DNA of 44,523 nt, from the NCBI GenBank assembly GCA_043779265.1, contig JAYWEM010000059.1:1-44523 (forward strand). Reading direction: 5' to 3'. Shown here piece after piece: positions 18,603 through 29,115 of this stretch; the stretch's first letter is position 1; each line of letters opens with the position of its first letter. Below the pieces are notes generated by a model, which was given only the letters and a program-made list of their open reading frames with translations, was not told the origin of the DNA and searched no databases. The translations under genes and the position numbers were made by a program. Source of the DNA: a bacterium. Lineage in GTDB: Bacteria; Eisenbacteria; RBG-16-71-46.

Positions 18603-19382
18603 TCAGCCTTTGATCGCCTCGACGTAGCGTGCAGTCACGACATCCCAGTCCACGACCTGAGCGAACGCGGCCACGTACTCGGCACGGCGGTTCTGGTACT
18701 TGAGGTAGTAGGCATGCTCCCAGACATCGAGTCCGAGCAGCGGCGCCTGCGCGCTCATCAGCGGCGAGTCCTGGTTGGGCGACGTGCTCAACTCGAGGCC
18801 GCGCTTGGGATCGAGCACCAGCCACGCCCAGCCGCTGCCGAACACCGAGAGCGCCGCGGCGTTGAAGCGCTCCTGGAACGAACTGAAGCTGCCCCACTTG
18901 GCATCGATCGCGGCGGCGAGCTCGGCGCGCGGCGCGCGTGCCCCGGTTCGCGCGAGACTCGTCCAGAACAACGAGTGATTGTGATGCCCGCCACCGTGAT
19001 TCCGCACCGCCTTCTGCACATCCTCGGGCAACTTCGCCACCCCGGAGACCAGGGACTCGAGCGATCTCGACTCGAGGCCGGGCTTTCCGGCGATCGCCTT
19101 GTTCAGATTCGCCACATAGCCCGCATGGTGCTTGTCGTGGTGGATCGTCATGGTCTGCGCGTCGAGATGCGGCTCGAGAGCGTCGGCCGCATAGGGCAGC
19201 GCCGGCAACGTGAACGGCCCGCTCAGCTGAGGCGGCGGCACGACGGTGCCGGGTTTGGGAGTCGCAGGTGTCTGCGCCGAACTCGTCTGCGCGAACGCAT
19301 CTCGAGGGTGTGGGAGTGCGAGGGCGGCACTCGCGAGCGCGAGCGTCCTGAGCGCCTGACGGCGCGTGATCGGAACGGGCAT
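18603..19382 (-). CDS. sodA: Superoxide dismutase (Fe/Mn family, Mn-type signature) with Tat signal peptide
   Basis: HHDKHH, NHGGGHHNH, FGSGWAWL, NQD and DVWEHAYY. Twin-arginine TRRQAL signal. GGAGG RBS. Confidence 0.9.
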   Translation of the reverse strand: MPVPITRRQALRTLALASAALALPHPRDAFAQTSSAQTPATPKPGTVVPPPQLSGPFTLPALPYAADALEPHLDAQTMTIHHDKHHAGYVANLNKAIAGKPGLESRSLESLVSGVAKLPEDVQKAVRNHGGGHHNHSLFWTSLARTGARAPRAELAAAIDAKWGSFSSFQERFNAAALSVFGSGWAWLVLDPKRGLELSTSPNQDSPLMSAQAPLLGLDVWEHAYYLKYQNRRAEYVAAFAQVVDWDVVTARYVEAIKG

Positions 19383-19483
19383 GGCAGGGCCTCCTTCGAA
19401 GCTCGGGGCGGATGCGGCCGATGGAGCGAGGGTGCGGCAAGCCGAGGCGTGCGTCCACCCTAACCCGCTGCGAGACGCGTCTC

Positions 19484-20806
19484 TCAGACCGCCGGCTTGC
19501 GCAAGCGCCACACCAGCAGTGGCGGCGTGCATACGGTGGTGATGACCACCATCACGACGACGGCGGAGAACACCGAGTCACTCACGACCCGGCTGCCGTG
19601 CACGTACAGCGTCGCGCCGATCTGCGCGAAGATCAGACCGACCTCGCCCCGTGGGATCATGCCGAGCCCGACCGCGATCTTGTCGATGCCCTTCTCGAGC
19701 ACGCCCAGCGAGCACGCCTGCTTGCCGACGATCGCCGCCAATGTGAGCACGCCTGCGAATCCGAGCACGCCCACGTTGCCGAACACCGACAAGTCCACCT
19801 GCAGGCCCATCAGGACGAAGAAGATCGGCACCAGGAACTGCGAAAGCGGCTCCATGAGGTCGTGGATGGAGCGCCGCTGAAGGTCACGCTCCTTCAAGTC
19901 CGCGTAGTGCACTTCCTCGAGCACGAGGCCGGCGGCGAAGGCGCCGACGATGGCAGCGAGGCCGGCCTTCTGAGCGAGGAGCGAGAGCAGGAAGCAGAAC
20001 GCGAGAGCGATGCTGACCAGCAACCCGCTGCCTCTCAGCTGGCTTGCGAACCGGAAGGCGACCTTCGACAGCCAGCGGCCGACGACCACCGCGGCCGCGA
20101 GGAATCCGAGCGCCTTGGCGAAGATGAGGACCAGGTCCTTCATCGCGAAGTGCCCGCCGGAGTTGATCGCTGCGATGAGCCCGGTCATCGCGGCCAGCAC
20201 GATCAGCCCGAGCACGTCGTCGATCACCGCGGCCCCGAGGATGATCCGCCCCTCGGCACTCTCCATGCGCTTGAGATCCCCCAGCACGCGGGCGGTGATG
20301 CCGACGCTGGTGGCCGCGAGTGTCGCGCCGACGAACCAGTGGGTGAGCGGGTCCGCCAGCGGGAAGAACATCCTCGACGTGCCCCATCCCAGCAGGATCG
20401 GCACCACGATGCCGAGCATCGCCACGAGCAGGGCCGAGCGCCCGACCTTCATCATCTGGCCGACATCGGACTCGAGGCCGACGGTGAACAGCAGGAACAA
20501 CACGCCCAGCTGCGCCAGGATCTCGATCGTCGGCAGCTGCGCCAACTCGATGAAGATCGTGATGCCGAAGTGGGACAGGTTCCCGAGCACGATGCCGACG
20601 AGCAGCTCTCCCAGCACGGCCGATTGGCCGAATCGCTCGAACAGCGAGCCCCCGAGCTTGGCGGCGACCAGGATGATCACCAGCGCCTCGAGGATCGGCA
20701 TGATGTCCACGCCGCCGGGAGCCGTCGTCGCCTGCGCGACGTGCGCCAGAACGAGCCCGAAGGCCATGAGCGGGAGGTGCGGACGGAGGCGGGAGAGCGT
20801 TCGCAT
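19484..20806 (-). CDS. Cation:proton antiporter (CPA2/NapA family)
   Basis: Multi-TM protein with LGELLVGIVLG, ATSVGIT, AAVIDD, GAFAAG and GMIPRGEVGLI. Confidence 0.92.
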   Translation of the reverse strand: MRTLSRLRPHLPLMAFGLVLAHVAQATTAPGGVDIMPILEALVIILVAAKLGGSLFERFGQSAVLGELLVGIVLGNLSHFGITIFIELAQLPTIEILAQLGVLFLLFTVGLESDVGQMMKVGRSALLVAMLGIVVPILLGWGTSRMFFPLADPLTHWFVGATLAATSVGITARVLGDLKRMESAEGRIILGAAVIDDVLGLIVLAAMTGLIAAINSGGHFAMKDLVLIFAKALGFLAAAVVVGRWLSKVAFRFASQLRGSGLLVSIALAFCFLLSLLAQKAGLAAIVGAFAAGLVLEEVHYADLKERDLQRRSIHDLMEPLSQFLVPIFFVLMGLQVDLSVFGNVGVLGFAGVLTLAAIVGKQACSLGVLEKGIDKIAVGLGMIPRGEVGLIFAQIGATLYVHGSRVVSDSVFSAVVVMVVITTVCTPPLLVWRLRKPAV

Positions 20807-20900
20807 AGGGGGGTGTTGATACCTCACGGGGCGCTCCGGGTCGAGTCGAGTCAGGGCCGGGACAGGTCCGTGTGAATCAGGTGGCGAGCCGCAGGCGCGC

Positions 20901-21724
20901 TCAGACGTCGGCGCCGCGACCCCGCTCGGCGAGCACGAAATGCCACTCGCGCAGCAGCCACTCGAGGAACCACAGCACCTCGGTCGTGCTCTTGACGCGG
21001 AACTCGGCCGCCGTCGACCGACGCGCCACGACGACCCCGATCCCACGCCGTGCCCGCACCACCGGATAGCCGGTCTCGTCATTCACATCGTCACCCAGGA
21101 ACACGACACACGGCGACTCGGGAAGGGAGCCCTCGGTCAACCACTGGCCGATCGCCGTGCCCTTGTCGATCGCCACGATGGGCGAGAGCTCATAGACCTT
21201 CTTGCCCGGCAGCGCATGGATCTGGTCGCGGTGCTCGTTCAGTCGCCGCCTCACACCCGCGGTGAATGCGGCCTGCAACCGTGTCGGCAACTGGCGGTAG
21301 TGCACCGCGCAGGCCGGCCCCTGTCCTGCACCCAGGTGCCCGGATGCGCCTCGCACCACTGGCGCAGATCCTCCTTGAGCGAAGCCGGCACGCCGCCTCC
21401 GGCGACCTCGGGGTCGCGCCTCACGCCACCCTGATCCCGCACCTCGAGCCCGCAGACGCCCGAGTACCACGCCGGCTCGACTCCGACGCGCGAGGCGAGG
21501 TCCTCGACCCTTCGGCCCGAGAAGAACCCGACGGATACGTGGGGACTCGTCGCAAGCGCGCTCATCGCCCGAAGCGCACGCGGCGGGATCGCCGCGTCAT
21601 CGCTGTGCTCCACGATGTCCGCCAGGGTCCCGTCGAAATCACTGCCCACCGCGAGCGAGTCGTGTTGGCGAAGACGCGCAGCCAACACGGGCAACGAGCT
21701 CCAGAGCGACTTGGTGAGAGCCAG
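20901..21724 (-). pseudogene. otsB: Trehalose-6-phosphate phosphatase, frameshifted near 21320
   Basis: HAD motifs SDFDGTL and FSGR are in one frame. AVHYR, GKKVYEL, DKG and LGDDVNDE are in another. One base is missing at GAC-AGGGG-CCG. Confidence 0.8.
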
Positions 21725-21921
21725 GGATACCTCCTCAGAATGAGGCACCCGAAGCGGTGCCACACCTTCCCCATACCTTCCCGGCCGAAGCAGGATCAAT
21801 CGTCCCGTCGTTGTAAAGCCGAGATGGGCACAACGGAAGTCCGTCGATTCGACGATGCACCACACAACCCTCGCGCATGGGGGCTAGGTTGGGAGTGAAC
21901 CCGAATGCCCGAGGAGGCCCC

Positions 21922-23506
21922 ATGATCGAGACCCCTCGACGAGTGCATGGTCCAAGTGCGCGTCCTGTCGTGCGCCACGCCACCGAGCGTCTGCGCACCG
22001 GCGCCGCCGAACTGCAGCAGTGGGCGCGCGCGCATCTGGGCGACCGTCGATTGGTGCTCGTCTCCAACCGGGAACCCTGGTCGCACCACCATCAAGAGGA
22101 CGGCTCGATCCGCGCCGTCCGCAACGCCGGAGGACTGACCGTCTCGCTCGACGCCCTGGCCAGTGCGGTCGGCGCCTCGTGGGTGGCGCACGGCAGCGGC
22201 AGCGCCTCGAAAGAGTCCTCGGATGCGACCGGACGTCTGCGCTGTCCGCCCGAGGACCCCTCCTACACGTTGCGCCGCATCTGGCTCGACGAGGAGGACC
22301 ACACGCTCTTCTACGGCGGCGCCGCGAACAGCACGCTGTGGCCACTCTGCCATGTCGTGTTCGTCCGGCCGCGCTTCGATGCGCGCGCGTGGGATCGCTA
22401 CCGCGACGTCAACGTGCGCTACGCGGAGGCCGCCCTCGCCGAAGCGGGCGATGAGCCCGCGTTCATCTGGCTGCAGGACTACCACCTCGCGCTGGCCGCC
22501 CGGACGATCCGCGAGAAGCGACCCGAGCACTCGCTCGGGCTGTTCTGGCATATTCCGTGGCCATCCCCCGAGGTGTTCCGCGTCCTGCCGTCCCGCCGCG
22601 AACGCCTCGAGGGGCTGCTCGCCAACGACCTGCTGGGATTCCATCTGCGCGGCCACGCTCTGAACTTCCTGCAGTGCGTCGCCGACACGCTCGAGGCGCG
22701 CGTCGACATGGAACGCATGGCCGTCGATCGCAAGGGGCACCGGACCTGGGTGCGCGCGATGCCGATCGGCGTGCCGGCCGTGGACATCGGGAACCTCGCC
22801 GACGCTCCCGAAGCGATCGCCGCCGAAGCCGCGTGGCGCGAGCGCCTCTCGCTGGGGAATCGCAAGGTCATCCTCGGCGTCGACCGACTCGACTACACCA
22901 AGGGTGTGCCGTAACGACTCCAGGCGTTCACCCGGCTGCTCGAGAAGCATCCGTCCATGCACGGCCGCGTCACGTTCGTGCAGGTCGGCGTGCCGTCTCG
23001 CATCGAACTGCCCGAGTACCGCGCGGTCGGCCGTCAGGTGAAGCAGGAGGTCGCTCGCATCGAACGGAGATTCCCCGCCAAGGGCGGCCCCACGGTGGTG
23101 TACATCGAGGACTCGCTCGACTTCCGCGAGGTCGTGCCGCTCTATCGGCTGGCCGATGTGTGCGCCGTGACGCCGCTGCACGACGGGATGAACCTGGTGG
23201 CCAAGGAGTACGTCGCCGCTTGCACCGACGGTGAGGGCGCGCTCGTGCTGTCGCCGTTCGCAGGAGCCGCGCGCGAGCTGGAGCGCTCGTATATCGGCCT
23301 CGCCCTACGACATCGATGCGCTGGCCGAGGCCTACCGCGCGGCGCTCGAGGATCCGGCGGAGGAACGCCGCGAACGCATGGGCGCGCTGAGGGAGATCGT
23401 GCTGCGGCGCACTGTGCATGATTGGGCGATCGAGTTCCTCGACTCCTGGCAGCGATTGGGCCTTCGTCGACGACCACCCGAACCGCTCGAGACCAAGGCG
23501 AGCTGA
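21922..23506 (+). pseudogene. otsA: Trehalose-6-phosphate synthase (GT20) with a premature TAA at 22912 and a frameshift near 23297
   Basis: VSNREP, AGGL, LWPLCH, QDYHL, FWHIPWP, GVDRLDYTKGVP*RL and DGMNLVAKEY. The C-terminus (SPYDIDALAEA…) continues in a shifted frame. GAGGAGG RBS. Confidence 0.85.
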
Positions 23507-23516
23507 ACGTTCATGC

Positions 23517-25358
23517 TCAGGGCGAGACGACCGGAACCAGCGGCCAGACCTTCGGGATCAGCGTGAGCGCGATCACCGCCAGGATGAGGTCGAGCGGCAG
23601 GCCCATTCGAATGAAGTCGCGAAAGCGATAGCCGCCGGGTCCGTACACCATGAGGCTCGTCTGATAGCCCACGGGCATGGCGAAGGCGGCGGAACAGCCG
23701 AAGGCGACCGATGCCAGCAGCGCCATCGGGTCGACGCCCAGCGCATTCGCGGTGCTCGCCGCGATCGGGGCGAGGATCGCCGCGGTGCCGCTGTTCGACA
23801 TGAACTCGCTGAGCAACATCGCGGTCAGGAAGAAGACGCCGACGAGGAGCGTCGGCCCCATGTGCTCGCCGCCTCCGGCGAGCCCGCGCGCGAGCAACTC
23901 CGCCAACTGTGTCTTCTCGAGCGCGGCACCCAGCGCGAACGCGCCCGCCAGCAGGAAGATGACGCTCCAGTCGATCGCGGCATAGGCCTCGCGCGGCTGC
24001 AGGCTGCGCGTCAGCATGAGCACGGCGCACCCGGCCACAGCCGCCGTGACGATGGGCAGAGCGCCGGTCGCGGCCAGCAGCACGACGCCTGCGATCGTCC
24101 CGACCGCGACGACCAGTCGTGCCGTGCGCGCACGCGGCCGAGGCGGCGAGCCGATGGCGAGGAATCCGCGCGTTTCGGCCAGCGCGCGCAGGTCATCGTC
24201 CTCGCCCTCGACCACCAGCACGTCGCCTGCCCGCAGCCGCATCGGATCGGGCAGCGCCACCAGCGCCGTCTCGGGCCGGTGCACTGCCAGCACCACGGCA
24301 CCGTAGCGATCGGCGAAACGCGACTCGCTCAGCGTGCGCCCCGCGAGCGACGAGCCCGGGAGCACCACGAACTCGGCGAGCGGCAGCGCGGGCGGTGCCT
24401 TGGTCGGATTCGTCGCGCCGCCCGCGGCCGCGGCCGCCGCCGCCACGGCCTCGGCCTCCGCCGCGACGCGCGTGGGGAGCCGCGTCTCGAAACCCGCATT
24501 CGCCAACGCCAGCACGCGCGCCAGCGGCCCCCTCACGCGGAGGCGTTCACCGGCGACGAGCGGGGCGAACTCATCGGTCCGCGCGAGTAGCACCACCTCG
24601 TGGTCCCGCATGAACGAGGCGGCGACGGGCACGCGTCCCACCCAGGTCGAGCCCTCGGGGACGCGCAACTCCGCCACGTAGTCGCTGCGCGCCGCGGTGA
24701 GATCGGCGCCCGGACGCGGCCCATCCGGCAGGAACCAACGCCCGATGAGCAGGATGTAGGCCGTGCCCGCTGCGAACATCGGCAGGCCGACGGCGGCGAA
24801 CTCGAACATCCCGAAGCCGCGCAGACCACTCTGCACCGCGAACTCGTGCACGACCAGATTCGTCGATGTGCCGATCAGCGTGCACATGCCGCCGAACGTC
24901 GCGGCGTGCGCCATCGGCATCAGCAAGCGTCCGGGCTTGGCCCCACTGCGCCGGCAGGTCTCGAGCACGAGCGGGATGAACACCGCCACCGCCGCCGTGT
25001 TGTTCATCAGCATCGAGAGCCCACCGACCGCGATCATCACGACCGCGGTGAGCAGCCACTCGGAGCGTCCGAGCGGGGCGAGCACCCGGCGAGCCAGCGT
25101 CTCGAGCGCGCCCGTCCGCTCGAGCCCCGCTGAGAGCACGAGGACGGCCGCCACCGAGACCGTGGCCGGGTGCGAGAAACCCGCGAACGCCTCGAGCGGC
25201 GTCAGCACGCCGGTCAGCAGCAGCGCCAGCAGCGCCAGCAGCGCCGTCAGGTCGGCCGGAAAACGCTCGCGGATGAAGCTCCAGATGGCAGCGACGAACA
25301 CCACGACCGTGACGATCGCATGCAGCACCTGGGACGGATCGGTGGTCAGGAAGGGCAT
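23517..25358 (-). CDS. SLC13/CitT family permease with TrkA-C (RCK-C) domains
   Basis: GFSHPA, MNNTA, GGMCTLIGTSTNL, MSNSGTA, PVGYQTSLMVYGPGGYRFRDF and a central RCK-C region. Confidence 0.92.
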   Translation of the reverse strand: MPFLTTDPSQVLHAIVTVVVFVAAIWSFIRERFPADLTALLALLALLLTGVLTPLEAFAGFSHPATVSVAAVLVLSAGLERTGALETLARRVLAPLGRSEWLLTAVVMIAVGGLSMLMNNTAAVAVFIPLVLETCRRSGAKPGRLLMPMAHAATFGGMCTLIGTSTNLVVHEFAVQSGLRGFGMFEFAAVGLPMFAAGTAYILLIGRWFLPDGPRPGADLTAARSDYVAELRVPEGSTWVGRVPVAASFMRDHEVVLLARTDEFAPLVAGERLRVRGPLARVLALANAGFETRLPTRVAAEAEAVAAAAAAAGGATNPTKAPPALPLAEFVVLPGSSLAGRTLSESRFADRYGAVVLAVHRPETALVALPDPMRLRAGDVLVVEGEDDDLRALAETRGFLAIGSPPRPRARTARLVVAVGTIAGVVLLAATGALPIVTAAVAGCAVLMLTRSLQPREAYAAIDWSVIFLLAGAFALGAALEKTQLAELLARGLAGGGEHMGPTLLVGVFFLTAMLLSEFMSNSGTAAILAPIAASTANALGVDPMALLASVAFGCSAAFAMPVGYQTSLMVYGPGGYRFRDFIRMGLPLDLILAVIALTLIPKVWPLVPVVSP

Positions 25359-25403
25359 GGCCGCGCAGGATACAACTCCGACGCGGTCATGCCCTCATTC
25401 GCA

Positions 25404-27935
25404 TCACTCGACGCGGACCACCCGTGACGTACGCGTCTCGTCGGCACCGCGCACACGCACCAGATAGAGCCCCGGCGACGTCGTGCGCCCCAAGTCGTCG
25501 CGACCATCCCAGCCGAGCAGATGCTCGCCAGCCGACCTTGGCTCGAACACGAGCGTCCGGACGACGCGGCCCATCAGGTCGAGCACCTCGGCCTCCATCA
25601 CGCCCGCGCGCGGCATCGAGACCGCCAGTTGCACGCCGCCTCTCGACGGGTTCGGCCATGGCGCGCGCAGCACGAGTCGCGGAGCCCGCCCCACGCTTGT
25701 CGTCGGGATCGCCGCGTCGTAGAGGCAGGCATCGTCCACCGCCGCCTCGACGATCGTGCCCGCCAACGTGTCGCTGGCGGTGAAGCGAACGCGGAAGCTG
25801 GTGACGGAGGGCAGGAAGTCGAACACGGGGATGGCGATCTCGGTCCAGTGGTTCTGCACACCGTTGATCTCGCGTGCCAGCACCCACGTACTGCTGCCCG
25901 AGGCGTTGAGGTAGATGCGCAGGAAATCGGGCGTCGACGGAGCGCTCGAATAGAACCAGGTCCAGGCGCCGAACGTGGGAACGGTGAGACCCGCGGTGCT
26001 GAAGTAGGGCGAGACCAACGAGGTGCGCCCTCCGTCGACATCCGCCTCACCGATCGAGCTCGGAGTGGTTCCCTGACCCGTCACCCAGCACAGCGTGCCC
26101 TCGGGGCTGCGATCGTACTCGGGCTGCACGTCGCCCGGGATGGCGCCGTCCGCCTCGTGCCCCTCGTGATAGCGCTCGGCCGGGCCACGCGGGATGCGCG
26201 AGGTGATGCCGTTGGAACGAAGCCCCGGCGCCTGCTGCGGCTCGCCCGTGCCGAGCGGCTCGACTCGCACCCAGTGGCCGGTCGTCGCGTTGTCCGTGGC
26301 GAACCCGGGAATCCAACCGTCGGCATCCTCGAACTCGTGCCACAGCGCGGTCGGCTGCAATGCGTAGTCCTGGGCATCGAACCCGGGCCCGATGCGGCGC
26401 ACATGGGCGAACGGCGCATAGCCGGGGCGGCCGACCGCGACCGCGTAGTCGTCATCCGGGATGTTCGCGAGCAAGTAGCCGCCGCCCGCGTTCGTGTGAT
26501 CGTGCAGTCCCCACTGCGGCAACACCACCTCGGCATCCTCGAGCGGCAGCAGCGTGCTGGCATCGCGGATGACGCCGGTGAAGGGGGCCATGGGCTTCGC
26601 CACCATCACGATCGTCACGCTATCGACTTCGCCCAAGACGATGCTGGCCGGCACGAGCCGGGTGAAGTAGCCGAATCGGCTGACCTCCACCGAGTGCGCC
26701 CCGGGGCTCGGCGCGAACGCCACGACACCATCGCCCGGCGTGGTCAGCGAATCGCCCTGGGAGACGAGACGCACGCGGAAGCCCGGCGCGGGGCTCTGGT
26801 TCTCGAGACGGACCTGCACCCGGAGCCGTCCGTAGTCGCGGGTTGCGCGGTACACGTAGAGCCCGCTCTGCATGTCGCTGGCGATCACCGTGCCCGAGGG
26901 GAAGTACGGGCACACCTCCCACACGCCGAAGAAGCCGCCCGAGGCGCCCGCATAGGAGTCGCCGTAGGCCCACTCGGCCGGATGCGCCGGATCGCTCAGG
27001 TCGAGGGCGCGGATGCCCTCGGTGTAGTTGGAGAGCCACAGGTCGTTGCCCTGCACGTGCGCGTTGTGCACGATCGCCTGCGGATTCGCCGTGATCTCAT
27101 TGGAAAGCACCGGCGCGTTGATGTTGCTGATGTCGAAGATCTTGAGCGGCTCGCCGTTCACCTCATCGGTCACATACAGCCAGTTGCCCGAGGCATCCGG
27201 CCACGCGTTGTGTGTGAACGCGCCGCCATAGGTCCAGCTCGAGAGCTGCGTCGGCGTGGCGGGATTGGTGAAGTCGAGGATGCGCTGGATCCCCGAGTTG
27301 ATCGACGAGGCGAACAGCCGATTGCCGATGGGCACGCTGTCATGCACGTAGTCGCTCGAGGACACGGGCACCGGGCCGCCCGGCCAAGTGCCGATCTCGA
27401 CCGGCGCTTCCGGGTTGGCGAGCGACAGCACGCGCAGACCGGTCGCCAAGCCCGCGGCGTTGCGCGTGCCGTTACAGATCAGGATCGCGCGCGCCGTGTC
27501 GACGGACACCGAGTGCGATCGCACGAACGAACCCGTGTAGCTCGCCGCGAGCACCGGCGCCTCGGGATTCGTCATGCGGATGATCTGCAGGCCCTGGAGC
27601 GCACCCGAACCCTCGGTCACCACATAGATCCAGTTGCGATACGACTTCATCTCGCGCCACAGCGAGGTGGGCCCGGCGATGAATCCGACCTGATAGGTCG
27701 CGGCCGGGTTCGTCACGTTGTAGATGGCCGTGCCATTGCCCGTGCCGATGACCGCGTACTCGCGTCCATCGCTGTGGATGTAGGACCAGCACGCCGCATA
27801 GCCGACGGCGGCATAGTCGTCGCGGTTGGCCAGGAACTGCAGGTTGCGCGTGACGGGCGGGGCCGCCGATGCGGCGAGCGGGGCGACGAGCGAGCAGGCG
27901 GCGAAGAGGGCGGCCAGGGCGAGGCGAGGGCGCAC
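25404..27935 (-). CDS. Secreted choice-of-anchor B / LVIVD-repeat protein with carboxypeptidase-regulatory-like repeats and FlgD-Ig C-terminal domain
   Basis: GAGGAG RBS with GTG start and a signal peptide. Motifs GREYAVIG, WREMKSY, YVHD, FTHNAW, TDE, HNAHV, SNYTEG and PYFPSG. C-terminal PNPSRG…DLMGRVVRTL…WDGRD…GLYLVR. Confidence 0.82.
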   Translation of the reverse strand: MRPRLALAALFAACSLVAPLAASAAPPVTRNLQFLANRDDYAAVGYAACWSYIHSDGREYAVIGTGNGTAIYNVTNPAATYQVGFIAGPTSLWREMKSYRNWIYVVTEGSGALQGLQIIRMTNPEAPVLAASYTGSFVRSHSVSVDTARAILICNGTRNAAGLATGLRVLSLANPEAPVEIGTWPGGPVPVSSSDYVHDSVPIGNRLFASSINSGIQRILDFTNPATPTQLSSWTYGGAFTHNAWPDASGNWLYVTDEVNGEPLKIFDISNINAPVLSNEITANPQAIVHNAHVQGNDLWLSNYTEGIRALDLSDPAHPAEWAYGDSYAGASGGFFGVWEVCPYFPSGTVIASDMQSGLYVYRATRDYGRLRVQVRLENQSPAPGFRVRLVSQGDSLTTPGDGVVAFAPSPGAHSVEVSRFGYFTRLVPASIVLGEVDSVTIVMVAKPMAPFTGVIRDASTLLPLEDAEVVLPQWGLHDHTNAGGGYLLANIPDDDYAVAVGRPGYAPFAHVRRIGPGFDAQDYALQPTALWHEFEDADGWIPGFATDNATTGHWVRVEPLGTGEPQQAPGLRSNGITSRIPRGPAERYHEGHEADGAIPGDVQPEYDRSPEGTLCWVTGQGTTPSSIGEADVDGGRTSLVSPYFSTAGLTVPTFGAWTWFYSSAPSTPDFLRIYLNASGSSTWVLAREINGVQNHWTEIAIPVFDFLPSVTSFRVRFTASDTLAGTIVEAAVDDACLYDAAIPTTSVGRAPRLVLRAPWPNPSRGGVQLAVSMPRAGVMEAEVLDLMGRVVRTLVFEPRSAGEHLLGWDGRDDLGRTTSPGLYLVRVRGADETRTSRVVRVE

Positions 27936-28272
27936 GGAGAAGTCTCCTCTGAGGATGCGAACGGAAGCGCGGTCCCCATGAGTGTAGCGAGCCGACCCTC
28001 CCCTCGGCCAGATGTCATCTCTCTCGGGCGACCTGTGACTGTGGTCGAACTCCATGGCAGGCAATGTGTTCCGGGATCAAGCAGGCCCAGGCGGGGAATC
28101 CAACGGAGTTTCGACGGCTCAGCGGAGCGCGGTCGGAGCCGCCACACATCGAGGAGCACTTCTCTTGACTCATCCCCCCCCCGAAGAAGGTGGATTTCGC
28201 GCATGCCGCGCTCGGTTCCGGCTCACAGTTCTCGCGCCCCCATTCCATCATTCGCTCATCCGGGGTCCTCGA

Positions 28273-29025
28273 ATGCTCGAGCAGCACGACTTGCGCACCA
28301 AAGAGCAGATGGAGATCGCTGCTTGGATCGCTCCGCCTGAGGACCGGAATCGGCCCGATCGGGAGATCGGGAACCTGATCAACAAGCTGACGGACGCGCC
28401 GGTGTTCCTCGGGGGTTTCGAGCGACATCGCCAGCGCTTCCTCTCCTCGGCGAGGATCCTCGAGCTGGGAGCAGGCGAGGGGTGGGCCTCTTGCATCGCG
28501 AAGCGGTTGGTCCCCGCGAAGTCGTCGGTGATGGCGACGGACATCAGCCGGCATGCCATCGGCGGCCGAGGTGAGTGGGAGCAAGTGTTCCAGCAACCGC
28601 TCGACGGTGCGTTCTCGTGCCGGAGCTACGACATCCCGCTTCCGGACTCGAGCATGGACCTGGTCTTCACGTTCCAGGCGGCGCATCACTTCGTGGCCCA
28701 CCGACGCACGCTCCTCGAGCTGGCGCGCGTGCTCCGGCCGGGGGGCGCCGCGATCTACCTGCACGAGCCGACGTGTTCGCGCTGGATCCATCCGGTCGCG
28801 CATCGCAGGGTCAACGGCAAGGGAATGCCGGTCCCCGAAGACGTGCTTGTACCGGCGGAGTTGGCGACGCTCGCGGCCGAGGCGGGCCTTCGGATGCGCT
28901 CCCACTTCGATCTGTCGCTGGCCAAGCGCGGACCCATCGAGACCTTGTATTACGCCGCGCTGCGGGTGATCCCCGGGCTGCGTGAGTTGCTTCCCTGCAC
29001 ACGCGACCTCGTGTTCGAGCGCTGA
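28273..29025 (+). CDS. Class I SAM-dependent methyltransferase
   Basis: ILELGAGEG, ATDIS, IPLPDSSMDLV and AHHF…ELARVLRPGG. Confidence 0.85.
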   Translation: MLEQHDLRTKEQMEIAAWIAPPEDRNRPDREIGNLINKLTDAPVFLGGFERHRQRFLSSARILELGAGEGWASCIAKRLVPAKSSVMATDISRHAIGGRGEWEQVFQQPLDGAFSCRSYDIPLPDSSMDLVFTFQAAHHFVAHRRTLLELARVLRPGGAAIYLHEPTCSRWIHPVAHRRVNGKGMPVPEDVLVPAELATLAAEAGLRMRSHFDLSLAKRGPIETLYYAALRVIPGLRELLPCTRDLVFER

Positions 29026-29115
29026 TCGGCACGCATCGGCACGCCTGTAGCGAGCCGCCCCCCCTTCGGCTACGCTCCATCACCTTCCCCAATTGCCCTG
29101 AGGAGATGGAACCCG

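Noticed and set aside
22912..22914. Programmed recoding of the otsA internal stop
   Set aside because: The codon is TAA at a conserved Glu position and the gene also has a frameshift, so mutation or error is simpler.
25521..28340. Long antisense ORFs (25521..28340, 39646..42465, 5723..7993, 29897..32128 and others)
   Set aside because: They are shadow frames of real genes caused by high GC3 codon bias, Arg/Ala-rich and without motifs.
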